DNA of 64,000 bases, from positions 59,032 to 123,031 of the IMG/VR virus record IMGVR_UViG_3300037606_000123; one strand, given 5' to 3'. Numbering within the stretch: the first letter of the stretch is position 1; every line of letters starts with the position of its first letter. Shown piece by piece: positions 1 to 8,432 of the stretch. The notes beneath the pieces are model-generated. The model saw nothing but the letters and a program-made list of their open reading frames with translations. It made no database searches and was not told the origin of the DNA. Both the position numbers and the translations under genes were made by a program. The DNA comes from a virus.

Positions 1-52
1 ATAATAATGTTATTATTTTTTAGTTTTTATTTTTTTAATTCAAATAATTTAT

Positions 53-60
53 TATCTTTG
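53..60 (+). promoter_or_regulatory. Bacteroidota-type -7 promoter element (TAnnTTTG)
   Basis: TATCTTTG at 53-60, 27 nt upstream of the ATG at 88. The same element occurs at 1212-1219, 4642-4649, 34154-34161 and 35974-35981, each at or just before the start of a gene or transcription unit. Confidence 0.6.
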
Positions 61-87
61 TAATGTTCAATTAATAAATATAAAAAA

Positions 88-1170
88 ATGTCACAAAAAA
101 TTTCACAAAAAGATATAGTGTTTGATTTTTTAAAAACTGTATCACCAACACAATCATCTTTATCTGTATGGGAAGAGTTTGAAACAGCTAATCCAGGGTT
201 TAATAAAAAAAATTATAGTTTTTATAGAAATCAAGCAATAAATGATGGGATATATGTACAAGTTAAAAAAAGACTTGTAACTGATATAAATACATTAAAA
301 GTATTTAACGAAAAAGAATTAGTTGTTAAAACAATTAATCTTGATACTATTGATCCTGCAAAATTTAAAGCAATACCAACAGGTACACCATTTGATAAAA
401 TTGCATCTAAGCGTTTAGGAATAATGCCTGGAACTGCATATATGATTACAGGTGAATCTGGTGCAGGTAAAACAACTGTATCTACAAATATTGCAGATTA
501 TTTAAAAGAAAACAATGAAGGATATACTGCGGGATTTATTTCAGGTGAAATGGATGAAAATGATTGGACAGAAGAATGTTTAGACAATCCAAGATTAGCT
601 GATTTAGAAACTGTATTTTTATTAGATTATTTAGATGCTTCAAATTATGTTGAAATTTTAGTTGAAAGTTTATCAAAATGGAATTTTGTAATTCTTGATT
701 CGTTTGAAGTTGTAATTGATCAATTAAAAGATATAAAAGGTTGGACTGCAAAAAAAGCAGAAGCAGAATTAATTAATATGCTCAGAAAAGCAGCAGCAGA
801 ATCTAATTGTACAGTTCTTGCAATTCAACAATATACAAAAGGTGGTACATTTGTTGGGTCTAATAAAATCAAACACTTATTAACAGGAATGATTTTTGTT
901 AGATTTGATAAACACGGAGATCGTTATATCGAATTTGTTAAAAACCGTCGAGGTGGACATATGATAGGAAAACATATGTATTTTACTAAAAATAAAGAAA
1001 CAGGTAGAATTGAATTTGATGATTTACGATTTGAAAATGATGCAGCTTTAGTATCTTTTAATCAAGATGAAGCTACAAAAATTCAAGAAGAAGTTGGTAT
1101 CTTTGATGATTTAATTATGTTACAAGCAGAAGCGGCACAAAAACGTAGAGAAGAATTATTAGCAATTTAA
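88..1170 (+). CDS. RadA/Sms-like RecA-family ATPase (no Zn finger, no Lon-like domain)
   Basis: Walker A GESGAGKTT, Walker B VILDS, and KNRRG matching the RadA KNRFG motif. Confidence 0.75.
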   Translation: MSQKISQKDIVFDFLKTVSPTQSSLSVWEEFETANPGFNKKNYSFYRNQAINDGIYVQVKKRLVTDINTLKVFNEKELVVKTINLDTIDPAKFKAIPTGTPFDKIASKRLGIMPGTAYMITGESGAGKTTVSTNIADYLKENNEGYTAGFISGEMDENDWTEECLDNPRLADLETVFLLDYLDASNYVEILVESLSKWNFVILDSFEVVIDQLKDIKGWTAKKAEAELINMLRKAAAESNCTVLAIQQYTKGGTFVGSNKIKHLLTGMIFVRFDKHGDRYIEFVKNRRGGHMIGKHMYFTKNKETGRIEFDDLRFENDAALVSFNQDEATKIQEEVGIFDDLIMLQAEAAQKRREELLAI

Positions 1171-1256
1171 AAATAATTAATAAAATATTTTTTTTATTAA
1201 AAAAGAATTACTATATTTGTTAAACAATATAAATAAATAATTATATAAATAATATT

Positions 1257-2396
1257 ATGGCACAATCAAAATTAAATAGTACAAACGTTTCACAAGAACA
1301 GTATAATGAATTTAAAGAAAAAGCATTAAATCATTCGATTGTTAGACGTGTTATTTCATTCAAGGATTTAACATTAATAAGCGATAGTATTATCGAGTAT
1401 AGTGGTGTGCAATTTCAAATGACAGAAAATGCATTTAAATCATTAGTGAAAATATTAGGTTTATCTAATGGTGTAATGGAAACAATTACAAAACAATTAG
1501 GTGAATCAGTAACAAATAAATTGTTATCAATGATGAAAGTTGCAATGAGTAGCGATACATCAAAAAATACAATTTGTATTTTAGTAGATAAAAAAACAAG
1601 TAAAATAGTTGGATTTAGTAAATCAGCTCAATCAATTTTATCAAACAACGCATATTTTACATTGTTTGAACAAACAATGAATAACCATACAGGAATGCAC
1701 ATTAAAAATATGGGTATTACTGAAAATGGAAATATTGAAATTTCTGTTTTAAATGACAATTGGGAATTTAATGTTGGGGGATTGAGTGATGAATATTTTA
1801 AATCTGGTTTAGTATTTATTAATACACCAGATTCAACAATTATTAATCCATTTAACGAACGTCTAGTTTGTACTAATGGTATGGTTGTTTCTGATAATGG
1901 TTTGTCATTAATCCTTAAAAATGGAGATGCAAATTCTATAAGTGGTTTCTTTGATGCTGTTCGTAATTTAAGTGGTACAATTAATTTTGAAAAAGAATTT
2001 AAAAATCGTATCATTAAAATGATGGACACAAAAGCATCATACGGCGAAGTTCTTAGTGTTAGAAAAAATGTTGAATACCACGTTTCAAATATTAGTCACC
2101 CTGATGTAAGAGCAAGCGTAGAACAATTTATTCCAACACAATATATTCATCGTTCATTTTTAGATCAAAAAGTGGATATTTATAAAATTGATAGTAAGAA
2201 TTATGCGAAAATTAACACGATGTTAACGGTTTGGGATTTAGTAAATAGATTGACAGATTTATCATCACATCCTGTTAAATACGGTTTTGAACTACAACAC
2301 GGAAATAGTTCTATTTTTGAATTACAAAAAGCGGCTGGTAATTTATCATTTAAAAAGCAATACGATTTAGAATGTGCGGTTAAACAAATTTTCTAA
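1257..2396 (+). CDS. DUF932-like protein
   Basis: ERLVCTNGMV resembles the RLVCxNG signature of DUF932 proteins. Confidence 0.55.
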   Translation: MAQSKLNSTNVSQEQYNEFKEKALNHSIVRRVISFKDLTLISDSIIEYSGVQFQMTENAFKSLVKILGLSNGVMETITKQLGESVTNKLLSMMKVAMSSDTSKNTICILVDKKTSKIVGFSKSAQSILSNNAYFTLFEQTMNNHTGMHIKNMGITENGNIEISVLNDNWEFNVGGLSDEYFKSGLVFINTPDSTIINPFNERLVCTNGMVVSDNGLSLILKNGDANSISGFFDAVRNLSGTINFEKEFKNRIIKMMDTKASYGEVLSVRKNVEYHVSNISHPDVRASVEQFIPTQYIHRSFLDQKVDIYKIDSKNYAKINTMLTVWDLVNRLTDLSSHPVKYGFELQHGNSSIFELQKAAGNLSFKKQYDLECAVKQIF

Positions 2397-2416
2397 ATAT
2401 TATTAGTTGAACAATT

Positions 2417-2447
2417 AAACCTATTAAGAAATTAATAGGTTTTTTTT
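2417..2447 (+). terminator. Intrinsic terminator
   Basis: AAACCTATTAA-GAAA-TTAATAGGTTT hairpin followed by a T tract. Confidence 0.75.
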
Positions 2448-2479
2448 ATATATATAATATATAAAAAAAACGTAATAAT

Positions 2480-3187
2480 ATGCATCAAAAAAATTTAACA
2501 CCAATACAAGATGGTGAAATTGTTAAATTACAAAAACCTTTAAATAATACATTTTCTGATCATGTTAAAAATAATGATGGAATTGTATTGGCCACATGCG
2601 ATAATTGTAAAGCTGAAAATGTTAATATTGAAGATCACATATGTAAAACATTAGTTACATTACCTAATCCATCAGATATGGTTACAACTATAGAAAATTT
2701 TAAAAAAATAATAAAAGAAAATATGTTTACAACAAGAAAAGAATTTATTAATTCATTAAATGAAAATTCAAACAATACAGAATTAAAAACATTAGAAGAC
2801 AATATGTATTTTGTGATTAAATCATCGGAATTACGAATTACTAAAAATTCATATAATGATGGTGAAACTGGTGAAACTACACACAGTGATACTGGTTTAG
2901 AAAAAAAACAATATAAAAACGTACAAGAAATTTTAGATCAAATAGATAGTCGTCTTACAAGTGATAGTTTAACTATTATGGATGATAGAATTATTTGTAG
3001 TTATTTAGGTGGAATGTCTGATGATAATAATTATGTTGCAACTGATTCATTAAAATACAATCAATGGAAAAATGATGAATTAGAATTGTACACATTTGAT
3101 TATGATATAGTTATTGAAATTGTAGTTAAAACTAATTATACATCTCAAGATTTATCTAATTTATTAGGTATTGCAAATTATGATTAA
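2480..3187 (+). CDS. Hypothetical protein with internal capsid-targeting-like motifs
   Basis: 235-aa ORF containing MVTTIENFKKIIKEN and MFTTRKEFINSLNEN in tandem; TATATA-type late element upstream. Confidence 0.6.
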   Translation: MHQKNLTPIQDGEIVKLQKPLNNTFSDHVKNNDGIVLATCDNCKAENVNIEDHICKTLVTLPNPSDMVTTIENFKKIIKENMFTTRKEFINSLNENSNNTELKTLEDNMYFVIKSSELRITKNSYNDGETGETTHSDTGLEKKQYKNVQEILDQIDSRLTSDSLTIMDDRIICSYLGGMSDDNNYVATDSLKYNQWKNDELELYTFDYDIVIEIVVKTNYTSQDLSNLLGIANYD

Positions 3188-3205
3188 TAAATAAATAAAT
3201 TAGAT

Positions 3206-3859
3206 ATGAAAGAATATATATTTTTAAGATATGCAAATCAACCTAATCCACAAGTTACTGAGGTATTGGTAAATAGTATAGTTAAACAAGGTGCAAAACC
3301 TTTTTTTACATCATTACCTGGTGTTATGATTACATCGTTTAAAAGTGATTTAACTGAAAGTGAAATACGTGGAAAATTAGATATTTTAGATATTTTATAT
3401 GATATAGTAGAAAAGAAAAATATTGTTGTAGATAGTCCTACAAGTACTAATACAACAACAACAAATAGTAAAGAAGAATTACAACGTGAAATGGATGCAG
3501 CAGTAGAATCTGAAGATTATGAAAAAGCTGCAACATTAAGAAATAAGATTGAGCAATTATATGGTCCAAATGAATCATTAATTTTAAATTTTAATTTTTT
3601 TAAATACCTTAAAGAAAATATGTCAACAGAATTATCAGTTGAACGTAAGATTGAAATATTAGCTGAATTATCTGAATGGTCTGGTGGTTATGATCCAACA
3701 GAAATGTCGTTTGATCCTAATTATAGTGATGATAGTGATGATAATGAAACACTTAATCAATACATTGAAAATTATATTTTACAAGATGAAGTAGAATTAG
3801 TTACAGATTGGTTTGTTGATTTACAGAATGGTGCTGATGATATAAAAAAATATCAATAA
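3206..3859 (+). CDS. UVR (UvrB/UvrC) coiled-coil motif protein
   Basis: ELQREMDAAVESEDYEKAATLRNKIEQL is a close match to the UVR motif. Confidence 0.7.
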   Translation: MKEYIFLRYANQPNPQVTEVLVNSIVKQGAKPFFTSLPGVMITSFKSDLTESEIRGKLDILDILYDIVEKKNIVVDSPTSTNTTTTNSKEELQREMDAAVESEDYEKAATLRNKIEQLYGPNESLILNFNFFKYLKENMSTELSVERKIEILAELSEWSGGYDPTEMSFDPNYSDDSDDNETLNQYIENYILQDEVELVTDWFVDLQNGADDIKKYQ

Positions 3860-3861
3860 TT

Positions 3862-4617
3862 ATGATAACAAATATTAATGAGTTTAAAGTATACTTAAAT
3901 GAAAATGTTGATATGTCAACATTTTCAATCATACAAAGAAGTGATGGAATAATATCTAAATATGGTCAAGAAAATAATTTAGATATAGATGATTGTATTG
4001 AAAATTTAATATATTATAATATTATATCTGATAATTATACAGAAGACGAATTACGTATATTATTAAATAATTTAAAATTAAATCAAACACACACATTTGG
4101 TTCTAGATGGACACAAACAGAAGTCACAAAAACACATTCTAATGATACATTATTAGAAAATGTACGTATTCCACAAGAAGTTGAATTAAAGTTTGGTGTG
4201 AAGTATAAAAACATCAATTGGAATGATTTAAATCTTATTAATGTTGGTGTCTATGGTGATACTGTATTTTACGGTATTCAAATACCAGGGGAGAATAATA
4301 AATACAATAAAGGAATTATTGTTGATCTTAAAAATGAAGATGAATTAAATCGTATTGATATAATGATGGATTTTAATTTACAAGGTTTAGGATTAGGATA
4401 TAAAATTTATAAAAAAATTATAGAACAAACTGGACACATTTATTCATTATTTAATAAAAGAGTTAATGATGATGCTATTCCTAAAATTTGGGAAAAATTA
4501 AAAAACGATTCTGATATTGAAGTACATTCAAACAAAGATGGTGAAATAGCAATTTGGAAAAACATGAATGATAATGAATTAAAAAATAATTTAATTTCTA
4601 AAATAAATAACAAATAA
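3862..4617 (+). CDS. Tagged (MITNINEF) putative internal head protein with C-terminal GNAT-like domain
   Basis: N-terminus MITNINEFKVYLNE; GNAT motif A-like DFNLQGLGLGYKIY. Confidence 0.6.
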   Translation: MITNINEFKVYLNENVDMSTFSIIQRSDGIISKYGQENNLDIDDCIENLIYYNIISDNYTEDELRILLNNLKLNQTHTFGSRWTQTEVTKTHSNDTLLENVRIPQEVELKFGVKYKNINWNDLNLINVGVYGDTVFYGIQIPGENNKYNKGIIVDLKNEDELNRIDIMMDFNLQGLGLGYKIYKKIIEQTGHIYSLFNKRVNDDAIPKIWEKLKNDSDIEVHSNKDGEIAIWKNMNDNELKNNLISKINNK

Positions 4618-4669
4618 TTTTTATATTAAATTAATTATTAATATCTTTGTAAAGAATTTAATAAAGGAG

Positions 4670-4698
4670 TAAACTTTTTTAATATATAACAATATAAT
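4670..4698 (+). promoter_or_regulatory. TAAAC-N17/18-TATAAT promoter (recurring class)
   Basis: TAAAC at 4670, 18 nt spacer, TATAAT at 4693. The same geometry occurs at 25915-25943, 47949-47977 and 62301-62329, with variants before thyA, gp47, the polymerase and 28645. Confidence 0.6.
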
Positions 4699-4702
4699 AA
4701 AC

Positions 4703-4780
4703 ATGAAAAGAATTTTAAACATACAAGCAGTTATAGGTCAAGCCGGGAGAAATCTACCGACTCAGAATTTGTATTGTTAA
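4703..4780 (+). CDS. Putative 25-aa leader peptide MKRILNIQAVIGQAGRNLPTQNLYC
   Basis: ATG directly after a promoter. The ORF contains GACTCAG, complementary to the left arm of the downstream terminator. Confidence 0.5.
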   Translation: MKRILNIQAVIGQAGRNLPTQNLYC

Positions 4781-4803
4781 TTTTTAAATATTTAACTACT
4801 ACT

Positions 4804-4838
4804 AAAACCTGAGTCAATTTGATTCAGGTTTTTTTTAT
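4804..4838 (+). terminator. Intrinsic terminator / possible attenuator upstream of the tRNA cluster
   Basis: AAAACCTGAGTC-AATTT-GATTCAGGTTTT 12-bp stem plus T tract. Confidence 0.75.
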
Positions 4839-4845
4839 TTATAAT

Positions 4846-4916
4846 GCAAGATATAGCTTAATGATAAAGCGCCACACTTCCAATGTGGAGACGGAGTTTG
4901 ATTCTCATATTTTGCT
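4846..4916 (+). tRNA. tRNA-Gly(TCC), T-stem degenerate
   Basis: Acceptor GCAAGAT/ATTTTGC, anticodon arm CCACA-CTTCCAA-TGTGG, U73 discriminator. Only 3 of 5 T-stem pairs are intact; no encoded CCA. Confidence 0.7.
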
Positions 4917-4930
4917 CTAAATTATAATAT

Positions 4931-5002
4931 GCACCATTAATTCAATGGTAGAGTAAATGTCTTATATACATTCGGTCATAGGTTCGATTCCTATATGGTG
5001 CA
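4931..5002 (+). tRNA. tRNA-Ile(TAT)
   Basis: Acceptor GCACCAT/ATGGTGC, anticodon arm AATGT-CTTATAT-ACATT, GGTTCGATTCC T-arm, A73. Confidence 0.85.
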
Positions 5003-5018
5003 CAAATAAAAAAATAAC

Positions 5019-5091
5019 GGGTTGATGTTGAAGATGGCTATCATAACGGTTTTGCAAATCGTTGTCCTGGGTTCAAGTCCCAGTCGATCCA
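5019..5091 (+). tRNA. tRNA-Ala(TGC)
   Basis: Acceptor GGGTTGA/TCGATCC with the G3:U70 alanine identity pair, anticodon arm ACGGT-TTTGCAA-ATCGT, GGTTCAAGTCC T-loop, A73. Confidence 0.8.
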
Positions 5092-5139
5092 AAATGTTTT
5101 TATTATTTAATATATAATAAAAACAAATATAAATTAAAC

Positions 5140-5532
5140 ATGAATCAAAGATATTTTAAAATAACAGCAAATGATGTAAATGACGCAAAACAATTAAAAA
5201 CAATATTACTAACAAAAAAGTTTTATCCAGAAACAACATCAACACCACCATTACCAGCAACAGTAACTGGAGGGTTTGATTACAGAAAATTGTTTCTTGT
5301 TATAGAAATTCAAAATGATGGTATTATTGTATTGACTAGATCAGAATATACTGTTGCACAATTTAATGTAAATGTAATACCAACATTAGATTGGACAACA
5401 AGATATAATTTATCTTTAGCACCAACAATTACATCATTACCAGAATATACAGAATATCGTAATGGTAAAAATACAACAACTTCAATACATGCGTTTTTAA
5501 ACTATGATTACACTTTAACAAATAATAAATAA
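5140..5532 (+). CDS. Hypothetical protein
   Basis: ORF track start 5062 overlaps tRNA-Ala; ATG 5140 (MNQRYFK) follows an AATATATA element. Confidence 0.65.
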   Translation: MNQRYFKITANDVNDAKQLKTILLTKKFYPETTSTPPLPATVTGGFDYRKLFLVIEIQNDGIIVLTRSEYTVAQFNVNVIPTLDWTTRYNLSLAPTITSLPEYTEYRNGKNTTTSIHAFLNYDYTLTNNK

Positions 5533-5657
5533 TTAAAATGAAAAAAACAAATAAATACCAGCAAAATAACTTACAACAATTATATAATTGTTGACAGAAA
5601 TTGTATTATTAAAATTTTTACAAAAGTCTGTTAATATTAATTAACAGACTTTTTTAT

Positions 5658-5729
5658 TGTCCTATAGTGAAATTGGCATCACACGTCCCTTTGAAGGATG
5701 TATTTCAGGTTCGAATCCTGATTGGACAA
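5658..5729 (+). tRNA. tRNA-Gln(TTG)
   Basis: Acceptor TGTCCTA/TTGGACA with one mismatch, anticodon arm CGTCC-CTTTGAA-GGATG, TCAGGTTCGAATCCTGA T-arm. Confidence 0.85.
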
Positions 5730-5753
5730 CAACAAAAACACTAAAACACTAAA

Positions 5754-6050
5754 ATGAAATTAATTAAAACAAATAAAAATAATAATTTATATGAAATTGT
5801 ATATTATTATATTCTAAGAAAAAATATTTATATTTTTACAGATAAACCAAATGATTTAATGATAATGCGAAAACATAAAGTAAGTTGTAATTATGATGAA
5901 TTATCTTCATTATATACATTAACTAGTTTTGATAGTAGTAATAATTTAATAATCATAGACACAAATTTAATTGATGCTATAGATAGATATAAAGAAGCAT
6001 TTAGATTATCATTAAGTATTAAAAATATTTATAGTATAAAAACACAATAA
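5754..6050 (+). CDS. Hypothetical protein
   Basis: 98-aa ORF, co-oriented, A-rich leader. Confidence 0.55.
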   Translation: MKLIKTNKNNNLYEIVYYYILRKNIYIFTDKPNDLMIMRKHKVSCNYDELSSLYTLTSFDSSNNLIIIDTNLIDAIDRYKEAFRLSLSIKNIYSIKTQ

Positions 6051-6102
6051 TTTTTTATTATTCATATTATAACCATATTATTGTATAAATAAAAAAATTA
6101 TT

Positions 6103-6540
6103 ATGTTTGAATCAGAAATGTTTAAAAGTATATTAAAAAATATACCTAATATTATTGCAGAAGAAATAAAAAAAATAGATATTGAAGTTGAATTAAATAA
6201 ATTAAAAGATTTATATAATTCAACAACAAAAGAAACTTCGAAAGAAGAACCAAAAGAAACATCTAAAACAGAAGAAAAAACAAATGTAATTGTTACTGAA
6301 CCTGATGATTTAGGTAAATATGAAATTATATGTGAAATGCCTGGTATTTCTAAAAAAAATATAAGTGTTCAATTGAATAAAGGTGTTTTAAGTATTGATG
6401 CAGAACAAAACATTAAAAAATTCAATTATGAATTTATTGTTAATGATAATAAAATTTTACATGTTGAATTAAAATTAGGTATTTTAACAATTAAACTTCA
6501 AGAAATGTGTGCTACAATTGTTAATGTTGTAATTAATTAA
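6103..6540 (+). CDS. Small heat-shock protein (Hsp20/alpha-crystallin domain)
   Basis: EMPGISKKNISVQLNKGVLSI and LKLGILTIKL match alpha-crystallin strands. Confidence 0.75.
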   Translation: MFESEMFKSILKNIPNIIAEEIKKIDIEVELNKLKDLYNSTTKETSKEEPKETSKTEEKTNVIVTEPDDLGKYEIICEMPGISKKNISVQLNKGVLSIDAEQNIKKFNYEFIVNDNKILHVELKLGILTIKLQEMCATIVNVVIN

Positions 6541-6547
6541 TTAATTA

Positions 6548-7102
6548 ATGAAAAAATTTGTTATTTTTGATTTAGAAGCTACATGTTATGATAATCGTAC
6601 AGATGAAAAAAAACCTGATGATTTTGTAAATGAAATTATAGAAATTGGTGCCGTTAAACTAGATGTGACAGGAAAAGAAATTGATCGGTTTAGTAAATTT
6701 GCACAACCTACATCATTTCCAACACTTTCTAAATTCTGTACAGAATTAACAACCATAACACAAGAAGATATTGATGGTGCTGATAATTTAAAATTTATAT
6801 TACAAGAATTTATGAATTGGTGTCATAATTGTACATTAATTAGTTGGGGACATTATGATAAAAAACAATTATCGAATGACCTTCTTAGTAACGGTTTGAA
6901 ATATTATTTAGATCATTTAGATGATCATCATTCTTTAAAGCATTTACATGCTAAATGGAATAATTTAAAACAAAAGAGTGGTATTGGTATGTCAAAAGCA
7001 TTACAAATGGAAGGGTTTAAATTAGATGGAACACACCATAGAGGTATTGATGATGCAATAAACATCACAAAAATTTTTAAAAAATATATACACAAATTTT
7101 AA
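6548..7102 (+). CDS. DEDDh 3'-5' exonuclease (KapD/ERI1-like)
   Basis: IFDLEAT (ExoI), WGHYD (ExoII), HHRGIDDA (ExoIII). Confidence 0.85.
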   Translation: MKKFVIFDLEATCYDNRTDEKKPDDFVNEIIEIGAVKLDVTGKEIDRFSKFAQPTSFPTLSKFCTELTTITQEDIDGADNLKFILQEFMNWCHNCTLISWGHYDKKQLSNDLLSNGLKYYLDHLDDHHSLKHLHAKWNNLKQKSGIGMSKALQMEGFKLDGTHHRGIDDAINITKIFKKYIHKF

Positions 7103-7124
7103 ATTACTATAAATATTGAATAGT

Positions 7125-7976
7125 ATGGAAAATATAACATGTTTAAAACATAAACCCTATGATAATTTTAAGGTGTACCATCCAGATGGCACATTAATGT
7201 TTTTTTGTTCACATAGAAAAGTTAATTGGTATGTTAAAAATAATTTAGGTATTTTTTTAAATGATAAAGAATTAAAATTAACTTTTATACCTGGTGGATA
7301 TGGTGATCCAATATCAATATTAAAAGGTAGAAGTAATGCTTGTGTTGTTAATAATTCAATTAACGATTTAACTAAACACCACGTTGTTCCTACACAATTT
7401 AGAAAACATTTCAAATTAAAATATAAAGATAAAAATTCATTTGATTTATGTGTTTTAAATAGAAAAATACATGATGAATATGAATTACATGCAAATGAAT
7501 TTAAAGATATATTATTAACTGATATTATTAATATTGATGATATTGATATTAATATATCATGGTATACAGCAAAAACAATTTATAATACAATAATAAAACA
7601 TTTTGATAAAATTCCACCGTCAAAACAAGTATATTTACAATTGAAATTTGATGGTTTATGTGATAAATATAACTTTGATATTGATAAATTTAAAAATGAA
7701 TTTTCTCCATATAGTACAAATAATAATAAAAAAATAATAAAACAAGTAGGGACAGAAAATTTAATTGTACTTTGGAAATTACATTTTTTAAAATATGCTC
7801 AACCTAAATTTTTACCGGATTGGTGGAAACCTAATTTATTAAAAATTATTAATAGAACAACCAGTAAAAATATATGTAAAACAGAATTAAAAGAAATTGA
7901 CATGGTAAAAAATAAAAAATTATTTAAATTAATATTAAAATATAACTTAGATGAAATCGCCAGTTTATACATATAA
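7125..7976 (+). CDS. HNH-like protein resembling the EXD2 C-terminal domain
   Basis: PDG..MFFC..RKVNWY, CVVNN..LTKHHVVP..FRKHF..KDKNSFDL, and WKLHFL..QPKFLP..W. ATG 7125 is preferred to TTG 7116. Confidence 0.6.
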   Translation: MENITCLKHKPYDNFKVYHPDGTLMFFCSHRKVNWYVKNNLGIFLNDKELKLTFIPGGYGDPISILKGRSNACVVNNSINDLTKHHVVPTQFRKHFKLKYKDKNSFDLCVLNRKIHDEYELHANEFKDILLTDIINIDDIDINISWYTAKTIYNTIIKHFDKIPPSKQVYLQLKFDGLCDKYNFDIDKFKNEFSPYSTNNNKKIIKQVGTENLIVLWKLHFLKYAQPKFLPDWWKPNLLKIINRTTSKNICKTELKEIDMVKNKKLFKLILKYNLDEIASLYI

Positions 7977-8403
7977 AAAAGCAAATTACACGTACAATAT
8001 ACATGATACTTATACAGCAGGTATTATGTTAGAGGGGTGGGAAGTTAAAGCATTAGATTATCATAATGGTGATATTAATGTTAGTTATTGTACATTTAAA
8101 GGTAAAAACTTTATTTTATGTAATTGTATTATAAAACCAGATATTAAGCATGTGATTGATATTAAAACTATTTCAGATAAACAAGTACAAGAAAGAAAAT
8201 TATTATTAAATAAATCTGAAATTATAAAAATTAAATCTAAAATACAAATAAAAGGTTATACATGTATACCATTAAAATTATATAGAAACAATAATGGGTT
8301 ATGGAAATTAGATATTGCTTTAGTTACTGGAAAATCTAATTATGATAAAAGAAACACATTAAAAGAAAAAGATATTAAAAGAGATATAGATCGTAACATT
8401 TAA
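7951..8403 (+). CDS. smpB: SsrA-binding protein SmpB
   Basis: KKA.Y.Y.I...Y.AGI.L.G.EVK, RKLLL.K.EI, G.T.IPLKLY, and GK..YDKR..LKE.D.KR. Confidence 0.9.
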   Translation: MKSPVYTYKKANYTYNIHDTYTAGIMLEGWEVKALDYHNGDINVSYCTFKGKNFILCNCIIKPDIKHVIDIKTISDKQVQERKLLLNKSEIIKIKSKIQIKGYTCIPLKLYRNNNGLWKLDIALVTGKSNYDKRNTLKEKDIKRDIDRNI

Positions 8404-8432
8404 ACATTCAATTATTTTTTTGTATATATTTT

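Noticed and set aside
5062-5139. N-terminal extension of the 5062 ORF
   Set aside because: Overlaps tRNA-Ala; ATG 5140 has a proper upstream element.
5538-5597. Tiny ORF MKKTNKYQQNNLQQLYNC before tRNA-Gln as a second leader peptide
   Set aside because: No antiterminator complementarity to the following hairpin was seen.
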